A stretch of DNA of 54,493 nucleotides from an uncultured virus (IMG/VR IMGVR_UViG_3300034095_001964) (IMGVR_UViG_3300034095_001964); one strand, 5' to 3'. Shown: positions 1 through 10,612, counted from the stretch's first letter. A program made the numbers and translations. The notes: a model not told the origin generated them from the letters alone.

Positions 1-60
1 ACTGGTGCGTATTTTTATGGGCATACCCAAGGCCTTCATGTTGTTAGTGACGGCACAGGT

Positions 61-1020
61 ATGCAGGTTGACGCGATTCATGATACTGCTTTAATCTTGA
101 ATTCCTCTGATCGAGGAATTACTGTTAGTACTACTGCTATTGACGCTACTGCGATTTATGTTGATTCACCCGAAGGAGACGGAATCTATGTAGATTGTCT
201 AGGCGATGGATTTTCCACAACGATAAATGGTGGCGGAACAGGGTTTTTTGTATCTTGTAATGGTGCTGGGTCTACAGGTCTTAGAATTGTAAGTGGTGCA
301 GGAATAGCGAGCGGTCCGGGCATAGACTGTGAATCATATACAGTTGGAGCGATAATTTCAAACAAGGGTGGAGGTCAAGATTTGACAGGGTTTCCTGCTG
401 CTCACGCTCGATTTGGACATACCGCCGCAAACAGTATCTCCATCAGGCGTAGTGATGGGTCGCTGTATTGGAGGTTAGGAACTAGCGGAACGCAGACATT
501 AACTTTGGCGCGGTCGGCAACAATAACTGGTCAACAAACGGCAACGCTTCCTGACAGCAGCGGTTTGGTACAAGTAGCCAATACCAAATCCACCACAGCA
601 GACGTTACAGCGGCATTAAACTCAACTACTTTTGTTACGGTCACGGGATTAAGCTATCTCGCCACAGACCTTATTGCCAACGGTATGTACAAGCTGGAGT
701 TTTTCGCGCAAGTGACTCATGGAGCTGGATTTTGCAAGTTTCAAGCGTTAGCTGGATCTAACTTAGTCTATAGTGTAGGATCTAGAATCCTGTCTAGTGG
801 TGGTATTGTTAATGCAGAAGCAGCAACGGGTTCCAATGTAATCAATTTGGGAGCATCTGCTAGTGGCACGGTAACAGGCAGAGGTGTTTCTGCTACTTCA
901 ACATTTAAGGTTGGGGCTGCGAATACAACATTAGCCATTCAATTCGCTCAGAATGTTTCAAGCGGCACAGCATCAATCCTTCTTGCTGGAGCAACCGTAA
1001 CTCTAACCAGAATATCATAA
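61..1020 (+). CDS. Tail/fibre-like protein, C-terminal part (probably starts before the window)
   Basis: G/S/T/A-rich beta-repeat-like sequence; the frame is open from position 1; lies in a fibre gene cluster. Confidence 0.6.
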   Translation: MQVDAIHDTALILNSSDRGITVSTTAIDATAIYVDSPEGDGIYVDCLGDGFSTTINGGGTGFFVSCNGAGSTGLRIVSGAGIASGPGIDCESYTVGAIISNKGGGQDLTGFPAAHARFGHTAANSISIRRSDGSLYWRLGTSGTQTLTLARSATITGQQTATLPDSSGLVQVANTKSTTADVTAALNSTTFVTVTGLSYLATDLIANGMYKLEFFAQVTHGAGFCKFQALAGSNLVYSVGSRILSSGGIVNAEAATGSNVINLGASASGTVTGRGVSATSTFKVGAANTTLAIQFAQNVSSGTASILLAGATVTLTRIS

Positions 1021-1382
1021 TGATCATCACCGAAAAAACACAATTCCAAAAAGACTTGGACAAGAAAGACACATTTGTCCGTCAATCAGCACGCTCAACT
1101 TGTCGGTTAGCACGAGAACTTAACGACAACAACAAGGCTTTTTGGAGTTTGCCACCAGATCGATTGCTTGCAGTGCTAAACCATGATGTTGCTGCAAGTC
1201 TTGCCACCATTACTTTAAACACGCAACTACTACAAGGTCTCATGGCAGCAATATCTGTATTGGGCAGTGACTTTTTACGTTTTGCAGGAACTCCTTTTGT
1301 TCGTGAAGACATTGTGTTCGACGGCACGGCGTTTGTATATGTTGCTCCGCCAGAACCGGAATCGGAACCAGACGCGCAATAA
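1020..1382 (+). CDS. Fibre-associated hypothetical protein (possible chaperone)
   Basis: Overlaps the fibre stop codon; shares AFW and VY.PP motifs with 20101..20475, which also follows a fibre gene. Confidence 0.55.
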   Translation: MIITEKTQFQKDLDKKDTFVRQSARSTCRLARELNDNNKAFWSLPPDRLLAVLNHDVAASLATITLNTQLLQGLMAAISVLGSDFLRFAGTPFVREDIVFDGTAFVYVAPPEPESEPDAQ

Positions 1383-1390
1383 ATAGTATT

Positions 1391-3433
1391 ATGCCACTAT
1401 ACAACGTAAATGTGCCGGGCGGCGATTTAGGGACCACCATGGTTGCTACCGCGAGCGACGATATTAAAATTGCGTTTGCTTTAGATATGTTGCAAAATAC
1501 CAGCGACCTTGGCAAGCCGGTTACAACCGCGTTAACAGCAGCTCTTGTGCCGTTTGTTGATGTATCTGCTGTAGGAGAAGCGTTAAACAACGCTCCAGCG
1601 TTGGAATTTAATTTTAAGGAAGACCAGTATGTTACAAAAAACACTGCGGCTGCAAATGGTACTCTTATACATGGTAAAGCCGGGCCGCCCGCAGAATTCG
1701 CGAGAGCAAGTGGTGCTACATATAAAGATCATGCTGGTGCATTGCGCTATGCTCCTGAAAATCTTACACGCTATTCATACACATTTCAAAATGCAGTTTG
1801 GGATAGCAGCGCATATGTCACTGAAGCTGACGGTACAGCAACCGATCCATTTGGTGTTGCAAGCAATGCAACTACAATTACTCAGGTGATTGACGCGTCG
1901 ACACGCGCACGGCATATTCACGAAGCAACTGGGCCTTACACTCCAGTTATAGGTCAAACATATTGCATGAGTGTATATATCAAACAGCCCGAAACAACAC
2001 CAGCGCGATACTTTCAACTGGCATTTTGGAGTGGTGGATTTGGCGCAACCGCATTTAAAAACTTTGATATTCAAGATAAAATTGTAAGTACCAGCGAGGG
2101 TGGTAGCAGCATACTTTCATCTGGTATAGAAACATTATCGGATGGATGGATGCGCATTTACGCAACAGCGCCTGCAACGGATGTGACAGCGTCAGGTTTT
2201 CAATTGGCATTTGTAACCAGTCTAAACGCACCGCGGGCCGAGTCGTATGTCCTAGCTAGCGGTGCCAAATCGGCATACATACACGGCGCCCAAGTTGAGC
2301 GTTCACTCTATCCGCGTGCATACTTGTCTACAACCAGCAGCATAGTGTATGGTCCTCGCTTTCATTATGACTCTGTTGCCAACGAGTCATTGGGATTGAT
2401 ATTTGAAGAACAAAAAACAAACTATGCGCACCAAGTTTTTCAGAACGTTGCCGCTACAACTCTTACAGCCAATTATTCTATTGTTGCTGCACCGGATGGC
2501 TCTTATACAGCTACTAGGGTACGAAATACACCAGGCAGTGGTTCTAGAGTAGATTACCCAAGTATTGACGCTGGATTGGCATATGCACAATACACTACTT
2601 CATTTTTTATAAAATCTCTTGATACTTTATCAACAGGAGCTCTGGTGCTTGAAGCAAACGGAGGCGCGCCAATATACTTTGACATAAAAGGTAAAAGCTG
2701 GAATCATAATGGTCATACCGTGTCATATAATTTAATTACTGGCTATGAAGATTATGGAAATGGTTGGATCCGCCTGTGGGTATCATCAAAGTATGATGCA
2801 ACACATGGTTTTTTTACTCGCATTTATATTGGAGCGTATGGAGGAAGCAGCCAACAGCATGACATTTTATTTTGGGGCCCGCAGCTTGAAGCTGGCTATG
2901 TTATGACATCATATATACCCAACAGCGCAACACAATCGCTGACGCGCAGCGCGGACACCTGCGGCATAACTGGCACCAACTTTTCCAACTTCTACAATGC
3001 TGCAGCTGGTACACTTTGTGTTGACTATCGTTCAATACAATACGGCGCACGATATGCTTCTATAGTTTCATTTAATGATGCAACCGCTAATAGTAATCGT
3101 ATATACATAGGAACATATGGAGGAAATAACACCTCAAGTGGTACTGATACTGAATTGGTTATTACAACATCAGCAACAAACCAGTATGCTATAACAACTA
3201 ATACTGCTCAAGGAGTATTGCGAAAAACAGCATTTGCATATTCAAACAATACGTGCTCATCAGTTATCAACGGTCTTGCATTAACACCAAGCGCAAATTT
3301 AAGTACCAAAACACTTCCAATTGTTACGCGCATGATCATTGGGAGTTCAGGAGAAATAATGAATATCAGCGCAGTGCGATACTATAAGCAAAGGCTAAGT
3401 GTCTCTACATTGCAAACACTCACATCATTATAA
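1391..3433 (+). CDS. Head-spike-fibre-like protein with carbohydrate-binding-like repeats
   Basis: Motifs FARASGATYKD, YGPRFHYD..LGLIFEE.KTNY, GW.R, WGPQLEAG..TSYIP...TRSAD; NTSD..KPV fibre motif; late-promoter-like AATAAATA at 1378-1385. Confidence 0.7.
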   Translation: MPLYNVNVPGGDLGTTMVATASDDIKIAFALDMLQNTSDLGKPVTTALTAALVPFVDVSAVGEALNNAPALEFNFKEDQYVTKNTAAANGTLIHGKAGPPAEFARASGATYKDHAGALRYAPENLTRYSYTFQNAVWDSSAYVTEADGTATDPFGVASNATTITQVIDASTRARHIHEATGPYTPVIGQTYCMSVYIKQPETTPARYFQLAFWSGGFGATAFKNFDIQDKIVSTSEGGSSILSSGIETLSDGWMRIYATAPATDVTASGFQLAFVTSLNAPRAESYVLASGAKSAYIHGAQVERSLYPRAYLSTTSSIVYGPRFHYDSVANESLGLIFEEQKTNYAHQVFQNVAATTLTANYSIVAAPDGSYTATRVRNTPGSGSRVDYPSIDAGLAYAQYTTSFFIKSLDTLSTGALVLEANGGAPIYFDIKGKSWNHNGHTVSYNLITGYEDYGNGWIRLWVSSKYDATHGFFTRIYIGAYGGSSQQHDILFWGPQLEAGYVMTSYIPNSATQSLTRSADTCGITGTNFSNFYNAAAGTLCVDYRSIQYGARYASIVSFNDATANSNRIYIGTYGGNNTSSGTDTELVITTSATNQYAITTNTAQGVLRKTAFAYSNNTCSSVINGLALTPSANLSTKTLPIVTRMIIGSSGEIMNISAVRYYKQRLSVSTLQTLTSL

Positions 3434-3448
3434 ATAACAATACTGCTT

Positions 3449-5578
3449 ATGCCTTATACCATTGCAACAACAACACCCGGAGTAAGTCTAACCACAGTTG
3501 ATATAGGGCAGCAAGCAGGGGCATTTAAGACTGCATTAGCTCTCAATGCAGTTAACAATACATCTGATGTTGATAAACCAGTTAGCACAGCACAGCAAGC
3601 GGCATTAAATCTTAAAATGTCTAAATCGTTTGTAAGAGAATTGCTATACTCTCCGCCTTCGCTTGACCATGCATTTGCAGATGATAAAGCATTCACACGC
3701 ACCGCCGCTACGACAAATTCATTTGATATAACCGCACGCAAAGGCCCACCCTTAATCTATACAATGGGATCGGCTTCTACCACGGTTGATGCAGATGGCC
3801 TTGTTAAATACTCTCCTGAGAATCTTTTGTTGAGAAGCGAACAATTTAATAATGGCACTGATGGTACAACTACACCTTGGAATGTATTATTAGGACAAGC
3901 ATTTGGCAGTGGAAGCGTATCAAATGACACAGGGACTCTTGCGCCTGATAATACATATACTGCAGAAAAATTTCTTGAAGCAAGTAGTGCCAGTGGCCAA
4001 ACAATCTTAAGACAAGCATATGCTTTTGAACCTAGTACGGCATATACTTTTAGTGTATATGCTAAATATGGATCCCGCCAATTTTTGTCATTGTATTGTG
4101 TGGCTGGCGGTGGGTACCAACAAACATTTAACTTAATTACTGGAGTTAAAGGCTCCTTTAGTAGTGGTATTCTTTCATCAACTATGACAGCCGTTGGAAA
4201 TGGATGGTATCGTTGTAGTATAACATTCTTAAGCAGTACAACGCCAACTACCAATGTAGTTGACATTCGTTATTCTGGCACTGATGCTAGTAGTGATACT
4301 GCATATACACGCAACGGATCTTTCAATTTGTTGTGGGGTGCACAACTCGAACGTGCAACAGGTGTGCGTGCATACTTATCTACAACTACTAGTGTTGTGT
4401 ATGGCCCTCGATTTTGGCATGACCCTAGTGACTCCACCAGCCGCGGATTGCTGCTGGAAAGAGAATCCGCAAACCGCCTTTGGCCGTCAAATACATTTAC
4501 TTCGCTTTGGACGGCCGCCGCTGCAACCGTCACCGCAAACGTGAGCGAGGTGGCGGATCCAGCTGGTACATTTACGGCTGATTCTTTTAAAGAAACAGCT
4601 GGTGCAGCCGCTGCGCACACTGTTCAACATAACATACTTGCAGCAAACATAGCGACATACACAGACCCTGTTACATCGCAGCGATTTGTACTCAATCATA
4701 CCTTCTCGTGTTTTGTCAAGCCAAATGGACGATCATTTTGCAAATTAACGGTGTTTGGCTCTGCTGCAAACGGCACAACCACTGGCGCATGTGTGTATAA
4801 TTTGAGCGGAGCTGGTAGCATCGGTAGTCAATCTTCAGCAAATTACCCAGCCACCATCAAAGCCTTTGCCAACGGCTGGTATCGTATTTCAATAACAAGT
4901 AACACTGGCCAAGGTGTTGCTAGCAGCGTGACGATGGTGGATGACACAGTTGTTATTGCAATAGCAGCTGACAGCGGCGGTGGCAATTATGGAGGCAATA
5001 GCGCGCTTGGCTTATATGTATATGGTGCGCAACTTGAAGCAGGCGGGAGAGCATCAACGTATATTCCTACGGTAGGCACGACGGTCGCTAGAGCGGCCAG
5101 CGACTGCAGGCTTGAAGGCGCTGGCTTTGCTAGCATATACAATCAAAACGAAGGAACAGTTAAATTGGCGGTTAACCCTCTTGATCCTATCAATCAAACA
5201 CACGGGATGCTTGGTATTGAAGTTAACAGCAGACCAAATGGTAGTCTGGGAATAATCACAAATGGGATAGCAACATTTCAAGTTGCGTTGGCAAAAGAGT
5301 TCTACACCCCCGTTGCAACATACACTACAACATGGAATCCATCCAGCACAACTTCTGTTGCTCTTGCTTATAAAAGCAACGATTGCAATGCCGCATTTAA
5401 TGGTGTTGCACAAACAGCAATTACCAATACAACATTAGGAAGCGAACCAATGGTAAGAATGGTGTTGGGCGCAAATGGAATAACTAGTGGTCCGCAGCCA
5501 GGCAGTGGCATTTTCTCGCGACTTACAATATACAAAAAAAGAATATCAAACGAATATCTTACAATTGCAACATCATGA
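3449..5578 (+). CDS. Head-spike-fibre-like protein, paralog of 1391..3433
   Basis: Same architecture: NNTSDVDKPVSTAQQAAL, YSPENLL, NGWYR twice, WGAQLE, YGPRF, GLLLE, ASTYIPT; late promoter at 3429-3436. Confidence 0.7.
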   Translation: MPYTIATTTPGVSLTTVDIGQQAGAFKTALALNAVNNTSDVDKPVSTAQQAALNLKMSKSFVRELLYSPPSLDHAFADDKAFTRTAATTNSFDITARKGPPLIYTMGSASTTVDADGLVKYSPENLLLRSEQFNNGTDGTTTPWNVLLGQAFGSGSVSNDTGTLAPDNTYTAEKFLEASSASGQTILRQAYAFEPSTAYTFSVYAKYGSRQFLSLYCVAGGGYQQTFNLITGVKGSFSSGILSSTMTAVGNGWYRCSITFLSSTTPTTNVVDIRYSGTDASSDTAYTRNGSFNLLWGAQLERATGVRAYLSTTTSVVYGPRFWHDPSDSTSRGLLLERESANRLWPSNTFTSLWTAAAATVTANVSEVADPAGTFTADSFKETAGAAAAHTVQHNILAANIATYTDPVTSQRFVLNHTFSCFVKPNGRSFCKLTVFGSAANGTTTGACVYNLSGAGSIGSQSSANYPATIKAFANGWYRISITSNTGQGVASSVTMVDDTVVIAIAADSGGGNYGGNSALGLYVYGAQLEAGGRASTYIPTVGTTVARAASDCRLEGAGFASIYNQNEGTVKLAVNPLDPINQTHGMLGIEVNSRPNGSLGIITNGIATFQVALAKEFYTPVATYTTTWNPSSTTSVALAYKSNDCNAAFNGVAQTAITNTTLGSEPMVRMVLGANGITSGPQPGSGIFSRLTIYKKRISNEYLTIATS

Positions 5579-5952
5579 TTGACTATCTATTAAAATTCCC
5601 GGACAGAGAGACTGCAAATCAATATGGATTAGCCGCAGGTTATACAAGCTTAGATGGAGAAGGCTTTGCTATTACAAGCACATCAAGCCGTGATTATGCA
5701 TTATGTGTAATTGGTGAACACCATGTGGCCACTGGAGAAACAATAACAACGGCTGATGGCATACAATATGACGAAACCGAAAGCGATGGCTGTTGCTGGG
5801 TGTTGTTTAGAGATCTTGCAGACAAGATTGCGCCAGAGTCGGCAGCTCCGTACATTGTATGGAGCAGCACCATGACAACTGGCTCTGGCGCCAATGTGGT
5901 GTCGGTGCCGCGCCCTACAGACAATAGTGTTCCCAACCGCTTTTGGGCCTAA
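5575..5952 (+). CDS. Small protein typically following spike/fibre genes
   Basis: ATGA overlap with the upstream fibre; begins IDYLLKFPD and ends VPNRFWA, a pattern recalled from fibre-adjacent phage proteins. Confidence 0.6.
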   Translation: MIDYLLKFPDRETANQYGLAAGYTSLDGEGFAITSTSSRDYALCVIGEHHVATGETITTADGIQYDETESDGCCWVLFRDLADKIAPESAAPYIVWSSTMTTGSGANVVSVPRPTDNSVPNRFWA

Positions 5953-6125
5953 GCTAATCGCGCTTCTTCCAATTCAGCTTTTGTCATGTGAAACTTCCCA
6001 CGGTTAGCACTAAAGAAAACTTTATCACCTTCAATGCGATATACCGTAATATAGTCAACTGGTCCAATGTTTAGATTTGCGAGTTCTTCTTTAAGCGTAC
6101 TTTTAATATAGATTTGTTCATTCAT
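5949..6125 (-). CDS. Hypothetical protein (58 aa)
   Basis: Fills the gap between + strand genes; ATG at 6125 (MNEQIYIK...EEARLA). Confidence 0.5.
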   Translation of the reverse strand: MNEQIYIKSTLKEELANLNIGPVDYITVYRIEGDKVFFSANRGKFHMTKAELEEARLA

Positions 6126-6170
6126 ACAATTTATATATACTTTAAATTGCACAACATATAAATACATCAA

Positions 6171-6491
6171 ATGGAACCTGAGCGATCGTTAATAAAAGAG
6201 TTCATAAACGGAGGGTGGCTTATTCCACTGTTAGGATCAGCAAGCATGTTGGCAAGGCTGCTTAGCTCTAAAACCGACGCAACAATATTTGAACAAAGCA
6301 AGAAAGTATTTGTTGCTGCTCTAGCTAGCGGCGTTGCATGGTTCCTGTTGGAACACACTGATATAGGAAGCCTGTATAAAGCAATTACATATGGCGTCAT
6401 AGGAGTGATTAGTCCTGAAATTATAGACGGCGTTGTTAACATTGGGAAAAAGTTTGCATCCAAACCGGAATCGTTCTTACCGCGCAAATGA
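6171..6491 (+). CDS. Holin-like membrane protein
   Basis: 106 aa with about 3 hydrophobic segments and a basic C-terminus; TATAAATA at 6157-6164. Confidence 0.55.
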   Translation: MEPERSLIKEFINGGWLIPLLGSASMLARLLSSKTDATIFEQSKKVFVAALASGVAWFLLEHTDIGSLYKAITYGVIGVISPEIIDGVVNIGKKFASKPESFLPRK

Positions 6492-6733
6492 CCGCTCGCA
6501 CCATATTTTCAATAGCATTAGCGGCTATTGTTTTGGCCTTTTCGGTAAAAGGTGTGTTGCTGGTGTACAGCCTTGACAATTTTGTGCACACGCCATTTAA
6601 CAATCAAGAATCGCACACTGCTCAATTGGATGGCATTATACATTCCTTAAAGATGTTTTTGTATCTTTCAGGCGTATTGATGTTGGTCATCATTGAGCCA
6701 TTCATATTTAAAAGTATAAATAAACTACAATGA
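6488..6733 (+). CDS. Two-TM membrane protein
   Basis: Two hydrophobic helices; ATGA overlap with the holin-like gene. Confidence 0.55.
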   Translation: MTARTIFSIALAAIVLAFSVKGVLLVYSLDNFVHTPFNNQESHTAQLDGIIHSLKMFLYLSGVLMLVIIEPFIFKSINKLQ

Positions 6734-7011
6734 GTATTCCAAGTGTAAACAACGCAAGAGTTTTTGATAGTGCAATAGCCTATGAGCTGCCAAGCTTTGC
6801 CACTACTCTAGATGTGTATCATGTTAGCCCGCGCCACACAGGTAAATTTTTTAAAGGCCTGTTGGTAACAACTGCGGGCAGCATAACAATTACTGGCTGT
6901 GATGGCTTTGAAGTTGCTTTTGCCGTACCTGTTGGGTTGCTACCGTTGGCTGGCTCACGGTTAAAATTAACAGCCGCTAGCACCGCGGCCATTGCCGCAA
7001 TATTATACTAA
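6730..7011 (+). CDS. Spike-base-like protein (resembles the RcGTA Rcc01079 family)
   Basis: KGLLVTTAGSITITGCDGFEVAFAVPVGLLPLAGSRLKLTAASTAAIAAILY matches the recalled family pattern; late promoter at 6715-6722. Confidence 0.55.
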   Translation: MSIPSVNNARVFDSAIAYELPSFATTLDVYHVSPRHTGKFFKGLLVTTAGSITITGCDGFEVAFAVPVGLLPLAGSRLKLTAASTAAIAAILY

Positions 7012-7021
7012 TTGGCAGCAT

Positions 7022-7768
7022 ATGGCGCGCTTTACTACACGACAAGGATTGATAGACTATTGCTTGCGTGCATTGGGCGCGCCGGTCATTGAAATCAACA
7101 TTGATGATGATCAGGTTGAAGATCGTATAGATGAAGCTATTCAGTTTTATCAGGAATATCACAGTGATGCGGTAACACGCGTATTTTACAAACATGTTGT
7201 TACACAGGCTGATTACACCAACAACTATTTTACATTGCCAGACAACTTGATTAGCGTGCTGCGCGTAATGAATATCAACCGCGGTGATGCTGCTGATATG
7301 TTTAGTGTCAAGTATCAGATGTATCTCAATGACTTGTATGGGCTGCGTCGCCCTGAGAGTATTATCAGCTATCAGATGACCAAAGAATATATGGGTTTGC
7401 TAGAAATGATTCTTACCGGTTCAAGCCAACAAATTACTTTTAGTCGGCATATGAATCGGTTGAGCATTGACGACGATTGGAAGACTGCTTTAAAGATTGG
7501 GCAGTATATTGTGGTTGAAGCATATCAGACAATTGATCCGGCCGCGTATGGCGATGTGTACAATGATATGGTACTTAAACGTTATGCAACGGCATTGCTT
7601 AAAAGGCAATGGGGCGCCAATATGCTGAAATTTGAAGGCATGCAACTCCCAGGTGGTGTTACCTTAAATGGCCGCGCATTGTATGATGATGCAACAGCAG
7701 AGATACAAAAGATTGAGGAAGACTTTGAATCGCGCTACCAATTCCCGCCAGATTTTTACGTAGGTTAG
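7022..7768 (+). CDS. gp13: Neck protein gp13
   Basis: LIDYCLRALGAPVIEINIDDDQVEDRIDEA...KRQWGANMLKFEGMQLPGGVTLNG; start reassigned to ATG 7022. Confidence 0.95.
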   Translation: MARFTTRQGLIDYCLRALGAPVIEINIDDDQVEDRIDEAIQFYQEYHSDAVTRVFYKHVVTQADYTNNYFTLPDNLISVLRVMNINRGDAADMFSVKYQMYLNDLYGLRRPESIISYQMTKEYMGLLEMILTGSSQQITFSRHMNRLSIDDDWKTALKIGQYIVVEAYQTIDPAAYGDVYNDMVLKRYATALLKRQWGANMLKFEGMQLPGGVTLNGRALYDDATAEIQKIEEDFESRYQFPPDFYVG

Positions 7769-7784
7769 TAGAAAATGTTTAATT

Positions 7785-8378
7785 ATGTTTGAAGCATTTG
7801 TTTATAGTTTAAGAAATGTTAAAACTAATCGGTTATACATCGGTTGGCATAAAGGTAATATAGATGATGGATATATATGTTCAAGTAAACTGGTATTAGA
7901 AGAATACCATAAAGATCCTTCTGTGTTTGAACGATATATAATTTCTCGTGGCACCACAGATCAAATGATAAAATTAGAAGTAACTATATTAAAAGCTGTT
8001 GATGCAATGCATAATAAAGATTATTATAATCAACATAATGGCAGTTGTAAATTTGTATGTAAAGGACATACTGAAATAACTAAAGCAAAAATAAGTAAAG
8101 GTAATACTGGAAATAAAAGACCAGATCTTACAAAAAGAAATTTAGAAAATAATCCAGGAAAATCAGATGAGTCTAGAAAAAAACTTAGTGAATTTCGTAA
8201 AACTAGATTAGGTATTCTTAATGAAAATTTTGGAAAAAAAGCATCAGAGGAAACTCGGCAAAAAATGTCTAAGAATAGAAAAGGCAAATGCTTAGGCGTT
8301 CCAAAATCACAAGAAGTAAAAGATAAGATGTCTGCTGCCCGTAAATTATATTGGGATAAAAAGAAAGGACTGATTTAA
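7785..8378 (+). CDS. Free-standing GIY-YIG-type (Seg-like) homing endonuclease with NUMOD3 repeats
   Basis: FVY..RN.KTNRLYIGWHKG..DDGYICSS; HTEITKAKIS, SEETRQKMS and SQEVKDKMS repeats; AT-rich compared with its flanks. Confidence 0.85.
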   Translation: MFEAFVYSLRNVKTNRLYIGWHKGNIDDGYICSSKLVLEEYHKDPSVFERYIISRGTTDQMIKLEVTILKAVDAMHNKDYYNQHNGSCKFVCKGHTEITKAKISKGNTGNKRPDLTKRNLENNPGKSDESRKKLSEFRKTRLGILNENFGKKASEETRQKMSKNRKGKCLGVPKSQEVKDKMSAARKLYWDKKKGLI

Positions 8379-8380
8379 TT

Positions 8381-9298
8381 ATGGCACGTAATGTATATTT
8401 TTCGCATGGCACACGCAGTGAAAAGCACCTTTATGAAGACCTCATAATTGAAGCTATGTCCATCTATGGGCATGACGTTTACTATATACCACGTAAGGTT
8501 GTGCAGTTGGACACACTGCTCAATGAAGATATGCTTTCGCGCTTTGAGAGCGCATTTAAGATTGAAATGTATGTTGAGAGTGTTGATGGTTTTGAAGGTG
8601 ACGGCAAACTAATGAATAAGTTTGGGTTTGAGTTTCGAGACCAGGTTACTTTTGTTGTTGCTAATCGCCGTTGGAATGAACTTGTGGGACGCTATGGTGT
8701 TACCGCGGATGGAACGCGGCCGCGTGAAGGCGATCTTATTTACGTGCCATTGACAAAAGGTCTTTTTGAGATTAGGTTTGTTGAAGACAAAAAACCGTTT
8801 TATCAAGCAGGGCAAGTTCCTACATTTAAATTAACATGCGAGAATTTTGAGTATAGCAATCAAGATCTTGATACTGGCGTTGAAGAAGTTGATTCCATAC
8901 AATACACTGCGGCACAGGCACAAAGTGTGCTAACCACAGCGATAGTTAATCAAAGATTCGTCGATGGTGAAAAATTAACTGTAGGTGTCGCTGGTACCAG
9001 CGCAACAGCAACAGTAGAATTCCTTGGTTATCACAAGGACGCCAGCGGTGTAGTGCGCTCCAAAATTGGCGTTCCAACATGGAGCGATGCCACATATCGT
9101 GACATAGGCATTGGCAATACACTAACTGGTGCTGACAACGCCTATGTTGTGACTATTACACAAGTATATGATATGAGCAGCACCAACGCCGATTCATTTG
9201 AAAATGATCTTAACGCGCAAAACGACGTGTTTAAGAGCTTTGACGCTGCGTACATTGACTTTAGCGAAATGAATCCATTTGGCCAACCCAATCAATAA
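8381..9298 (+). CDS. gp14: Neck protein gp14
   Basis: LYEDLIIEAMSIYGHDVYYIPR...RPREGDLIYVP...IDFSEMNPFG. Confidence 0.95.
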   Translation: MARNVYFSHGTRSEKHLYEDLIIEAMSIYGHDVYYIPRKVVQLDTLLNEDMLSRFESAFKIEMYVESVDGFEGDGKLMNKFGFEFRDQVTFVVANRRWNELVGRYGVTADGTRPREGDLIYVPLTKGLFEIRFVEDKKPFYQAGQVPTFKLTCENFEYSNQDLDTGVEEVDSIQYTAAQAQSVLTTAIVNQRFVDGEKLTVGVAGTSATATVEFLGYHKDASGVVRSKIGVPTWSDATYRDIGIGNTLTGADNAYVVTITQVYDMSSTNADSFENDLNAQNDVFKSFDAAYIDFSEMNPFGQPNQ

Positions 9299-9304
9299 AA
9301 TACC

Positions 9305-10066
9305 ATGCTAGACAATTCATACTATTATCATGGAACAATCAAAAAGATTGTTGCGGTGTTTGGCACATTGTTCAACAACATTCATACAGCCAAACTTATA
9401 GATGGCGATTTAAATGCTGTTATGCGAGTTCCACTGGCATATGGGCCAAAGGAGCATTGGGTAGCGCGCATTCGTCAAAACAGTGTTGACCACAAAGAAA
9501 CTGAAATTGCCGTAAAGGTTCCGCGTATGAGCTTTGAAATATCAAGCATTGCATATGATAGCGCGTCAAAACTAAATCGGCTTAATCAGGAAATTATAAG
9601 CAGTGCCAACGGCAGCAAAAATTATTATTGGCAAACAGTGCCGTATATAATTGGCATGCAACTTAGCATATATGCGCGCAACCAAGATGATGCATTGCAA
9701 ATTTTTGAGCAAATTATTCCAACATTTTGCCCTGAGTATAGCGTGTCGGTAAAAGACTTGGCTGTACCAGGAACCACCACCGATGTGCCAATAATTTTGA
9801 CTGGCACAACTTTTAGTGATGATTATGAAGGTGACTATCAGACTAGTCGCCGTACTCTAATCTATACGCTTGATTTTAATATTAAAGTGCAATTTGCTGG
9901 GCAAACTACGCGCAGCAAGACCATAAAAACGGTTACCACCAACTTACTTGATACCACACTACAGGTGGGAGGCACGCCTCTTGATAAAATAACTGTACGG
10001 CTTGGCAACCTGACAACTGATACGCCAGACAGCTATACCACAGTAACTACATTTGGATTTTTATAA
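9305..10066 (+). CDS. gp15: Tail sheath stabiliser/terminator gp15
   Basis: YYYHGTIKKIVAVFGTLFNNI...VPLAYGPKE...PRMSFE; synteny. Confidence 0.93.
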   Translation: MLDNSYYYHGTIKKIVAVFGTLFNNIHTAKLIDGDLNAVMRVPLAYGPKEHWVARIRQNSVDHKETEIAVKVPRMSFEISSIAYDSASKLNRLNQEIISSANGSKNYYWQTVPYIIGMQLSIYARNQDDALQIFEQIIPTFCPEYSVSVKDLAVPGTTTDVPIILTGTTFSDDYEGDYQTSRRTLIYTLDFNIKVQFAGQTTRSKTIKTVTTNLLDTTLQVGGTPLDKITVRLGNLTTDTPDSYTTVTTFGFL

Positions 10067-10077
10067 ATCACTATAGC

Positions 10078-10542
10078 ATGAGCCTTAAACCAGTAAAGTC
10101 ACGTCAAGATATACTTGATTCATTGCAGACACATTTGCCAGCGACTGCGAACTCTACTCAGGAGACGGTTTTAGCCGTCACATTGCCCACAGCTGACGAT
10201 ATTAGCGTTGATGTTGAAGAAGACTATCGCTTTGCGCGTGAGCATATTAAGAAACTGATTGGTACAAGCGACGAAGCAATTGCCACGATGCATGCATTTG
10301 CGGCGGATGCTGAGCACCCACGCGCATTTGAAGTGCTGGCTGGCATGATTAAGAGCGCTGCAGATATGAATAATCAGTTGCTAACACTGCAACGCGACCG
10401 TAAGAAACTTGTTATTGAACCAGTTGCATCAAAAAGTGTAAGTGTTGGCTCCAATACTACAAACAACAGTATCTTTGTTGGAACAACCACCGAATTGCAG
10501 AAGTTCCTTAAAAGCCAAGGTGAAACAACAGTTGACGTTTAA
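10078..10542 (+). CDS. gp16: Terminase small subunit gp16
   Basis: DYRFAR...EHPRAFEV...TTNNSIFVGTTTELQKFLK. Confidence 0.92.
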   Translation: MSLKPVKSRQDILDSLQTHLPATANSTQETVLAVTLPTADDISVDVEEDYRFAREHIKKLIGTSDEAIATMHAFAADAEHPRAFEVLAGMIKSAADMNNQLLTLQRDRKKLVIEPVASKSVSVGSNTTNNSIFVGTTTELQKFLKSQGETTVDV

Positions 10543-10612
10543 TCATCCCTCTGGGAACCTTCGGTTAATGCAATATATAATCTGATTGCCATTAGCGGTT
10601 TGATCTAAAACA

